This document shows positions 53,950 to 64,000 of a stretch of DNA of 64,000 nucleotides, piece by piece (the first letter of the stretch is position 1; each line of letters opens with the position of its first letter). A model generated the notes under the pieces. That model had not been told where the DNA came from and did no database searches. It saw nothing but the letters and a program-made list of their open reading frames with translations. Source of the DNA: Octopus sinensis (Eukaryota); NCBI RefSeq assembly GCF_006345805.1, contig NC_043016.1:15686001-15750000 (forward strand), written 5' to 3'. A program made the translations under genes and the position numbers.

Positions 53950-56900
53950 GAGCTCTCTTTTCAGGTACATGACGCCACTGTCCCCCGTCCCAGGGTCTCT
54001 AGGGCCCATACCTCCCACGCCCTCAGGGTTGGCACACTGAAAGGTAGGTCTAGTGAGATTGTTGAGATGCTTGAATGGAGATGTGTCGATATGTTCTGCA
54101 TCCAAGAAGTAAGGTGGAGAGGAGGTTCTGCTAGGTTCCTCACAGGCAAAGAACACAGGAACAAGATTTTCTGGGCAGGGAACACTGACGGAGTTGGGGG
54201 TGTGGGTATACTTCTCGCAGAGAAATGGGTAGATAAAGTAATTGAGGTAGTCAGAGTATGCGACAGAATACTTAAGATTAAATTAGTGCTCCATCATGGG
54301 TTAGCAACCATTATCTTGGCCTATGCCCCTCAGCCAGGGTTACCCGATGGACAGAAAGACTGATTCTATGACACCCTCTTGCAGACTACTGTGTTGACGA
54401 ATGACAGAGACCTCTTTGTGGCTGGCAACTTCAATGGACATGTTGGACAACATGTTGGGGGCTTCCATGGCATACACGGAGGCTACGGTTTGGGCTCTCG
54501 CAATGACGAGGGAACCAGGCTGCTGGAGTTCTGTGACACAAATGATCTTATGGTTTGCAATACTAACTTCAGAAAACCTGCCAGCCACCTAGTCACCTAC
54601 CACTCTGGCAGATACACTAGTCAGATCAACTACATGAATGTTATTGACAAGGCTATTAGACAAAAGAAACAGGCTTGGAAGGACTGGAAGAACGGCGGTA
54701 GCAAGGAAGTGTATCAGACTGCCAGAAGGGAAGCTAGGAGGTAGGTTTATTTAGCCAGAGGAGAAGCAGATAAGAAAAAATTTGCCAATGTTCTACACCG
54801 TGAGGACAAAAGACTTCAGGTATTTCGTGTTGCAAGTCAGTGTGTGAGAGAGAATCGTGACGTGATAGGAGAGAAATGTATTCGCATGGATGATGGTTCA
54901 CTTGCGCTGAATGAGGATGCAAAGTGAGAGGTTTCGAGATACCACTATGAAAGGTTGCGGAATAAAGAAAATGAATGGGAGAATGAGTCTGCCAAATGTC
55001 GACCCAACAGAGGGACCAGCTATCTGAGTTGACAGTTCCTTGGTAGATAAGGCAATTAGAAGCATGAAAACAGGGAAGGCCCCAGGCCCATCAGGAATTA
55101 CTGCAGAGCTCAAAATATCTGGCAGTGTCAGCTATAGCCTAGTCACCTGTATAGGTAATCAGGTGATACACGAAGGAATCATACCCAATGACTGGTGTAG
55201 CAGCATAATAGTCAACTGCTACAAAGGTAAAGGTGATGCCCTAGATACAAATAATTACAGAGGTATCAAGCTGTTGGATCAGGTAATGAAGGTTACAGAG
55301 AGGGTCATAGCCCAACTAATTAGAGAGGAGTCAGCTTGGATGAGATGCAGTTTGGTTTCGTGCCAGGGAAAAGCACCACTGATGCTATATTCCTGGTAAG
55401 ACAGCTGCAGGAGAAATACCTAGCCAAAGATAAGCCTAATTGCTTTCGTTGAGGGTCCCTAGATCCCTTATCTGGTGGTCAATGAGGAAACTAGGGATAG
55501 ATGAATGGTTAGTGAGAGCTGTGCAAGCCATGTACAGGGACTCTGTTAATAAGGTGAGGTTTGGCAACGAGTTCAGTGAAGAATTCAGAGTAGAGGTAGG
55601 AGTCCACCAAGGCTCAGTCCTCAGCCCCTCCTATTTATCATAATCCTCCAGGCAATAACAGAGGAACTCAAGACAGGATGCCCCTGGGAGCTCCTCTATG
55701 CTGATGACCCTGCTCTAATTGCTGAGTCACTATCAGAACTAGAGAAGTTTCAGGTGTAGAAGCAAGGATTAGAATCAAAGGGCCTGAGGGTCAACCTAGC
55801 CAAAAGCAAAGTCCTAATAAGTAGGAAGTCAGACAAACCACAAATCCCTTCTGGCAGATGGCCCGGTTCAATCTATAGTAGAGGTGTAGGTAGAAACTCT
55901 ATAAGATGTACCCAGTGTAAGCTATGGACACATAAGAGGTGCAGCAATATCAAAGGGAGGCTAACGGGGAAGATAGATTTTGTATGTGGCAGATGCTCTG
56001 GAGCAATAAACACTGAAAATGTGCAGAAAGCAGCTTCCGTCACATTCCAGGGAGAAAAACTAAAAGTAGTTGATAGCTTCCGTTACCTAGGTGATCAAGT
56101 CAGTAGCGGAGGGGGATGCGCAGAAAATGTAGCTGCTAGAATAAGAATAGCCTAGGTAAAGTTCAGAGAGCTCCTACCTCTGCTGGCAACAAAGGCCTCT
56201 CGCTCACAGTAAAAGGTAGACTGTATGACACATGTATGAACAGCCATGCTACATGGAAGTGAAACATGGGCTGTGACTGCTGAGGACATGTATAAGCTTG
56301 CAGGGAATGAAGCCAGTATGCTCCGATGGATGTGTAATGTTAGTGTGCATACTCAACAGAGTGTAGGTACCTTGAGAAAAATGTTGGGCCTAAGAAGCAT
56401 CAGATGTGGTGTGCAAGAGAGACGACTGCGCTGGTATGGTCTTGTGGCAAGAATGAATGAGGACAGCTGCGTGAAAAAGTGCCACACCCTAGCAGTTGAG
56501 GGAACCTGTGGAAGAGGTAGACCAAGACCTTAGGAAATATGCCATGCGTGAGAAGACCTGGCAAGCCAAATGAAACAATAATCTTAGGGGCATAACCAAC
56601 CCACTTATGCGTACCTTTTCCTTTGGACACTAAAACTCTGCTTGCGAAGACCTGTTGAGGCAAGTAAAATCAATCAAAATCAAATTCGATGACTGGTGTC
56701 CATGCTAGCGGGGTGCAAAGAGCAGCATATGAACGTGATCATTGATAGAGTGGCTAACCGGCTTCCGTGCCAGTGGCACTTAAAGGGCGCCATTCGAGCG
56801 TGATCGTTACCAGCGTTGCCTTACTGGCACTTGTGCCCGTGCTACTAGGGTGCCAAGAGCAACATCCAAGCGTGATCATTGCCAGAGCAGCCAACTGGCT

Positions 56901-57208
56901 TCAGTTGCCAGTGGCATGTAAAAGGGCACCATTTGAGCATGATCATTACCAACGTCGCCTTACTGGCACCTGTGCGGGTGGCATGTGTAAAAGGATTCGA
57001 GCAAGGTTGTTGCCAGTACAGCCTGACTGGCCCCCATGCCGGTGGCACGTAAAAAGCACCCACTACACTCTCAGAGTGGTTGGCGTTAGAAAGGGCATCC
57101 AGTTGTAGAAACTCTGCCAAATCAAGTTTGGAGCCTAGTTCGCCAGCCCTCAGTCAAAATCGTCCAACCCATGCTAGCATGGAAAGCGGACGTTAAACGA
57201 TGATGATG
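53950..57208 (+). mobile_element. Near full-length decayed RTE LINE (APE endonuclease, RT, repetitive 3'UTR) in CDAN1 intron 1
   Basis: EN motifs CIQEVRWRG, AYAPQ, GNFNGHVG and QINY. RT motifs GKAPGPSG, NYRGIKLL, GVHQGSVLSP, LLYADD and FRYLG. Many stops/frameshifts, an internal deletion near 54632, and a (GAT)n tail. Confidence 0.95.
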
Positions 57209-57709
57209 GTACACACATGGTCCCATTTTCAGTGTATTCTTATCTAAGGTGGTAGTGTGTGCTTTAAGGAAGATTTTGCTGTTATTTCTAGCTATTCAAA
57301 AGGACATGTAGCGGTTCACTTCTTGGCTTGCAGTTTCACTTGTATATCTTCAGGTCATCACTAATCAAGAACAAATTCTACAGCATGCATTCTGTTGCTT
57401 CATTTGTTTCCTCTAATGGTTAAGTACCAAAAGTATTTCAGAGTAATATAAAAGAATATCTTCTTATATATCATACTTATAGAATTCCTTAATTATCTTT
57501 GTTTTCTGTATTAGGTACAGATATCTTCTACCATTTAGCCTTTGGCTAACCACTGCTTTGTGACTGGAATTGTCAAACAGGAACTGAAAAGAGACTTCTT
57601 TGGTGTGTGTGTGATAGAAAGAGACAAACTCACATGCACTAAAACATTACACACACATATACATGTATGTATGTATGTATATGTGTGTGTGTGTGTGTGT
57701 ATATATATC

Positions 57710-58045
57710 ATCATCGTCATCGTTTAATGTCTGCTTTCCATGCTAGCATGGGTTGGACGATTTTGACTGAGGGCTGGTGAACCAGATGGCTGCACCAGGC
57801 TCTAATATCTAAATTGGCGGAGTTTCTACAGCTGGATGCCCTTCCTAACGCCAACCACTCCGAGAGTGTAGTGGGTGCTTTTACATGCCACCGGCACGAG
57901 AGCCAGTCTGGCGGTACTGACAACGACCTCGCTCAAATCTTTTTACATATGCCAACAGCACAGGTGCCAGTAAGGCGATGCTGGTAACGATCCCACTCGA
58001 ATGTTGCCTTTTAAATGTCACCGGCACGGAAGCCAGTTAGCCACA
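57710..58045 (-). mobile_element. RTE 3'UTR/tail copy, inverted relative to 53950-57208
   Basis: Reverse complement of the RTE tail (GCTGGATGCCCTTCCTAACGCCAACCACTC) with (CAT)n at the left end. Confidence 0.8.
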
Positions 58046-58495
58046 AGTAACTGGGTCTGATTTTCTTGGTACCCACAGAAGAATATAAAGGAAATCCAAC
58101 CTAAGTGAAATTCGAAACTGTAACCAAGAAGGAAGGAAGTTCAAACCCACATATGTTCTATTAAACTAGAAACATCCTACTTCCTTCAAAAATAAATAGA
58201 ACTAATTACCTACCTTTGCAGGTAACTCTTAATATAAGAAAAAAGAAATCCAAGCAATTGATTCTATTCATTGCAATTTTACAAAAATATTGGTTTTAGT
58301 TATCAAAACGAAATCAGATTTTTACAGACAATATACATGTATATATATATATTGGAGAACGGACGTTAAACGACGACGATATATATATATATACACACAT
58401 GTATATATATACATCTATAATAATAATATTAGGGAGTATATCCAAACTTACAGGGGAAAATTAGATTTAGGATTAAATCAAATTTCACAGTATAA

Positions 58496-58730
58496 TCATC
58501 ATCATCATCATCATCATCATCGTTTAACGTCCGTTTTCCATGCTAGCATGGGTTGGATGGTTCAACTGGGGTCTGGGAAGCCCAAAGGCTGCACCAGGCC
58601 AGTCAGATCTGGCAGTGTTTCTACAGCTGGATGCCCTTCCTAACGCCAACTACTCCGTGAGTGTAGTAGGTGCTTTTTATGTGCCACCGACACAGGTGCC
58701 AGATGAGGCTGGCGAACAGCCACGCTCAGC
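58496..58730 (-). mobile_element. RTE 3'UTR/tail copy
   Basis: Reverse complement nearly identical to 15575-15790. Confidence 0.8.
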
Positions 58731-59714
58731 TGATTAGAGATGAAACCACTATTAGGCAATAAAAATATAAAAATTTATAAATATAAATTTTAATAATTTA
58801 AATTTTATATTTTGTATATAATATTAATTACATTTATTTTTTTGTTTTTTATGTTTTAGTTTATGTCTATCAGTGTTTGAGTTGGCTAATAGTGGTTTTA
58901 TCTCTAATTCAATTTATATATACATCTATCTATCTATCTATCTATATATATATATTATATATATATATACATGTAAATTTAAATTTAAAATTGAATATTA
59001 ATTTGATTAATATCAATTTAAAACCAGTGGTGTTGCATATTGAAAATTCTGAAGTTTCAGAAATAATTATATTACATACATATAAGAGGGATGACCTGTA
59101 AGTGGGCATACATTATGCTAGAAGAAGATCCGCTATGGTCTTACCATTCCTTTGTTAGTGGTAAGACCATAGGTTCACTTTAATAGTTTCAGTATTAAAG
59201 TGAAAGCATCTGACATTACAATAGAGAGATGATTTGGTTTCACTTTTGACACATAATACTGAAATAGTAGAGAAGATATGATATTGCTGTGGGCTCACAC
59301 TAGGGAAGAAGTTAAAAGTTTTTTGCCCATGACACTACGTGGACCCTAAGTAAGGCATGTGTAAAATTTGAATGAATTTGGTTGTGTAGTTCTCAAGGTT
59401 TAGGGATTCACACAGACAGACACACATTCTCATCTTTATATAAATATTCGGAGACCCCCTTCGGTCACGACACAGACCATGGGATTGCACCTAGAAAGTT
59501 ACCCTCCTAGACACAAGTCCAGGCGACATATATAAATATAGTAATTTGTGGTAAATTATTTTACCTTTGCCCATATAATACAGTAAATGAATTGATTGCA
59601 TCGCAATCATTAACATTTATGTATTAACTTTGTTGGGTACTTCACTAGCAGTATATTGGATATATGTTATCCCATGGAGGGTTGCATTTACAACCCCTAT
59701 CTCAATTTGTATAT

Positions 59715-59793
<79 letters not shown>

Positions 59794-61504
59794 AATTGTA
59801 ATGAAAAATAAAATCAATATAGGATTTTATCAAGTAGATAGTATATAAAAAGGGCAACCACCAATTAATGCCACATGTCCTAGAAGAAGATGGTAAATGG
59901 CTCCAACACCACTTCATTCATCACACAGACAATGGCTGAAAGTGGGAGAAAGAACAAAACATTTGTTTATTATAAATGATAAATATGAATTCACTTAAAC
60001 CAAATTTATTCACTCCTGAATTATTTTGGTTATTTACATATGGTTGATTTTTACATTGTATATAAGTGTGAAAATTTGTCTATGCACTGTGGATATGTTG
60101 TGTTCATCTGGTATGTATAAATGTTTATGATTATGTACTTTTCGCTTATGTCATACTTATGACAACAAAGTGGTATACATCACTAAACCAGAAATTGATT
60201 TATGGCTAAACTTTTTCAAAAAATCCTTTTGTTCATTCTCCCACCTTCAGCCCGTGTCCATGTAACAAATAAAGCTGTACCAGAACCACTTGGCATCCTC
60301 TTCTAGCATGTGGCCTCGCTTGGTAGTTGCCCTCATCATTTTGTAATTGTATTTGTAAAATTATATACTATGTGTGTATACACACACATATACAACAGGC
60401 TTCTTTCAGTTTCCATTCGTAAGGCTTAAGCTGGCCCAAGGCTATAGTAAAACACACTTGCCCAAGGTGCCATGAAGTGGGACTGAACTCAGAACCATGT
60501 GGTTGGGAAGCAAGTTTCTTACCACACAGTCACACCTTATGTATATTAGTATTTCACTTAGGCATAGTGATACTAATAACCTGGTGTTGGAATTCAATGT
60601 AGATATGCTTCAGAGAAAAGTGTTAGTTGAGTACAGAGCAGAATGATAAATTAAACGACAAGGAAACAATGAATTACGTGAGTGAAGTTCATTAGTTTTA
60701 CAGCTGTTTCTGCTACTGGATGCAATGCACTCATACTTGGGTACTTGTGTATCACCTTATAGCTTCTTCAGAGTTTCAAAAGTGAAGTGTAATTATGTTT
60801 GGGAAAGGATTTATATATATGGAAAACATCACCAAAAAGGAGTATCAAGTTTGAAGGGAAAAACCTACTCACAGAAGTATATTTAGATAATTTTGTGTAT
60901 TCACATGTATACAGATAGACATACAATGAATCCCTATGTGAATAATTGTGGAGGCACAGTGGTTAGGGTGGCGGACTTGTGGTCATAGGATCACGATTTT
61001 GGTTCGCAGACTGGTTGTTGTGAATGTTTATTGAGCGCAAACACCTAAAGCTCTACAAGGCTCCAGTAAAGGGTGGGGGTGAACCCTGCTGTATTCTTTC
61101 ACTGCAACTTTCTCTCACTTTTTCTTCCTATTTCTGTTGTACCTGCATATTCAAAGTTCCAGTCTTGTCACGCTGAATCTCCCCGAGAACTACATTATGG
61201 GTACACATGTCTGTGGAGTGTTCAGCCACTTGCACGTTAATTTCATAAGCCGGCTGTTCTGTTGATCAGTTCAGCTGGAACCCTTGTCGTCATAACTGAT
61301 GGAGTGCCATGATATATGAATAATTATTTATATGTATACGTGAAATATTGTTGTAAAGTGGGTTCCTTCTACTGTTGTGATGTGTGACTGCCATTGTACT
61401 GTAGTTGCTGTTTTATGCTAGTAGCCACAATAGTTACTAGTTACCAGATACCGTTGTCGCTTTGTACTAGAATAGTAATACACATCACATATAGAGTATG
61501 CATT

Positions 61505-62062
61505 CCAGCCCACCTATGCATACCTTTCCTGCATTGGACACCAAACTCTGCTTGTGAAGACCTGTTGAGGAAAGTGAAATCGAAATCGAAATCAAATTCG
61601 ATGACTGGCATCCGTGCTAGTGGAGCGCCAAGAGCACCATCCGAGCATGATAGTTGCCAGAGCAACAAGCTGGATTCCATGCCGGTGGCACATAAAAAAT
61701 ACCATTTGAGCGTGATCATTACATGCATCGGCTTACTGGCACCTGCGCTGGTGGCATGTGAAAAAACATTCGATCGAGGTTGCTGCCAGTGCCACTGGAC
61801 TGGCTCCTGTGCATGTGGCACATAAAAAGCACCATTTAAGCATGGCCGTTGCCTGTACCACCCGACCGGCCCCCATGCCAGTGGCATGCAAAAGCACCCA
61901 CCACACTATCAGAGTGGTTGGCATTAGGAAGGGCATCCAGCTGCAGAAACTCTGCCAGATCAGACTGGAGTCCGGTGCAACCATCCGGTCCACCAGTCCT
62001 CAGTCAAATCGTCCAACCCATCCATGCTAGCATGGAAAGCGGACGCTAAACGATGGTGATGA
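61505..62062 (+). mobile_element. RTE 3'UTR with tandem ~60-70-bp units
   Basis: Colinear with 11585-12003 and 56598-57208. Confidence 0.8.
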
Positions 62063-62064
62063 TC

Positions 62065-62385
62065 TTGGTGGTTCTTTGTATGAGACCTTTCTTTATTTCC
62101 TTTTGTCGACCTCAGTTTTCTTTTTGTCTCATTAATAAATTTGTAATTTCTTTTTATTTCTGCCAAAGTTACTGGTAGTTCACACATGATGTTCCACATC
62201 ACTTTTTTTGTTTCTGCTTCCACTCTTAGCACTGCTATTATGGTGTCTTCCAGTGGTTCGTTATTTCTCGGAATTAACCTAGACAGAGTATCAGCATGCC
62301 CCAACTTTTTTGAAGACAGATATTCCAACCTGTAATTGTAGTTTAACAGAATGGTACCCTGCCGCTGCAGTCTGTTTGCCGACAC
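62065..62385 (-). mobile_element. Gypsy pol fragment (end of RNase H)
   Basis: NRLQRQGTILLNYNYRLEYLSSKKLGHADTLSRL matches the RW..LLxxYxFxIEY....ADALSR motif. Confidence 0.8.
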
Positions 62386-62928
62386 ATATACAATATGGGT
62401 TTCACAAAGTTTTGCTCAGCCTGGAGCTAGAGTAGAAAATACTTGCTCAATGGAACTGAACTTGAAATCATTTGGTTAGGAAGTGAACTTCTTAACCCAA
62501 CAGCTATGCTTTTGTGTGTGTGTGTGTGTGCGTGCAAATCTGCCATCATCATTTAATGTCTGTTTCCTGCATGCTGGCATAGTTTGGATGGTTTGTGTGA
62601 ATGTTGATTCCCTGTCATCTCATGTAGCAGGATATGGTTCCATGTATCCTTGCGAAACTGACATCGTTTTCATTCTCCAATAAAGTAATTACTTTATGGG
62701 TCTGTGGACTTGTGAAAACCAGTGAAATAAAACAATTCCTTACTTGGTCACCAAAAAGGAATTGGTTAGAAGAGCATCATGATTTCTTAAGTGCATTTGA
62801 ATTCCATGTAGACAAGGTAATAAATCTTTGGGTTTTTTTTGGCAGGACTCTCAAATAAATGTTGTTCATTTTTAATTAATGTTTAAAAATATACTGTTCT
62901 ATAATAAATTTTTTTTTTTAAATTTTAG

Positions 62929-63551
62929 CCTCCATTACCTGAGGTTCTTATTAATCTTCATTGTGAAAAAAAGGAATTTATCCCATACTTTCTTAACTAT
63001 TTAAGAGATCAAACTTTTCATTTGCTCCATAACTCTAAATCAGTAAGCCCTTCACCTTCGAAATGTGATTCCAGCACACCTGTGACTACTTCAAAAAGGT
63101 CAAGGTCATCTTGCACAAGAACTCAGTTATTTCCAAATTCAGATTTTTGCAGAAATTCAGATAATTATGCAGAAAATTTCCCAAAATTAAATGCAGAAAC
63201 ATCACCTGATCATTTGGGGACAAGTATGAAATCATATCTTTCAAATACAACCTTGACTACTGTTGAAAATTTAACAATCCGTAAACGTTCAAAGAAAGTT
63301 CCAAATAAAAAGACATCTTACCCTATTGAAACAGCAGTGGACAACAACAAAGAAGTTCACATTAATTCAGTCAACATTGAGAGAGATTCATCGTCATGTT
63401 CATCTTGCAAATTGTCCAATCAAAAAAAGCGTAACTGGAAAACACCACATAATGATAAAAAATGCCAAAACCAAAAACACAAATTGGAAAGCTCCGGACA
63501 TCCAAGAAATCAAGTTTTAGCAACTTTTTTAGATCAAGCTGTTATTACATA
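62929..63551 (+). CDS. CDAN1: Codanin-1 coding exon 2
   Basis: T-tract TTTTAG acceptor; GTAAGT donor at 63552, phase 0-2. PPLPEVLINLHCEKKEFIPYFLNYLRDQT...RTQLFP matches RKEFVPFLLNFLREQS...RSQLFP. Confidence 0.92.
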
Positions 63552-63791
63552 GTAAGTTTTTTAATTTAATTTCTTATAATTCTTTAATATTTTTCCTTTG
63601 ATTCCTTTTGTGATTTTTTGATGTTAATTGGATTCCATGAATCTGAATGTTGGACTGTTTATATATTTTGTAGTTTTTGATTATTATTAAACAACAATTA
63701 AATTAAATTTGAGTAAAGTTTAAAAAGAAAGATGAACACGTACTTCATCATGATCTTTTATCAATGAATTGTTAAACATTTTTGTATTCAG

Positions 63792-63977
63792 CCAAAATTG
63801 TATGAAACCATCTCGACGAATTAAACCTACTCCAGTGCAAGCAGGAATGGAGCGTAAACAAAACCAAGCTTTTATTGAATCTTCAGAAAATAAATGCAAT
63901 TCTATATCTTTAAGAAATGAGGAAAATAAACATAATGGATCATCGACAAGTTTTCAGGAAGAAAGAGCTTTGTTAAA
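63792..63977 (+). CDS. CDAN1: Codanin-1 coding exon 3 (ASF1-binding B-domain); gene continues beyond the window
   Basis: TTCAG/GTGAGT borders, phase 2-2. KPSRRIKPTPV matches the CDAN1 B-domain KPSRRINPTPV; SFQEERALLK matches SLQEEREMLRK. Confidence 0.93.
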
Positions 63978-64000
63978 GTGAGTTTTCTCCGATATTTATT

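Noticed and set aside
56690-57060. Regularly spaced repeats resembling a CRISPR array
   Set aside because: The units are degenerate tandem copies with no unique spacers, lie in a LINE 3'UTR of a eukaryotic genome, and have no cas genes nearby.
63550-63552. Apparent stop codon truncating codanin-1
   Set aside because: The TAG overlaps the splice donor (TA|GTAAGT); splicing to 63792 gives TAC and restores the frame.

Overview
AT-rich, microsatellite- and transposon-dense animal genomic DNA. The repeat families look cephalopod/octopus-like (inferred from the repeats, not proven). Two conserved spliced genes are arranged head-to-head about 11 kb apart. On the minus strand is a ubinuclein (UBN1/UBN2/yemanuclein, HIRA H3.3 chaperone complex): 9 coding exons from 36435 down to 1211, running off the left edge. 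On the plus strand is codanin-1 (CDAN1, ASF1-binding): 3 coding exons from 47498 to 63977, running off the right edge. All exons were reconstructed by hand with GT-AG borders and consistent phases. Introns and the intergenic space hold decayed RTE LINEs (with a PHD-like finger inside the RT), a mariner, piggyBac remnants and MITEs, Helitron, Gypsy and CR1-like fragments, and many tRNA-derived SINEs. Notable non-coding features: an apparently intact minimal type I hammerhead ribozyme (39465-39584, minus), a tRNA-headed SINE carrying a decayed Penelope-type hammerhead (51193-51428), a near-perfect ~280-bp-arm palindrome in UBN intron 1, and an in-frame alternative donor that would remove a UBN NLS-like motif. 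Most entries in the supplied ORF track are spurious.
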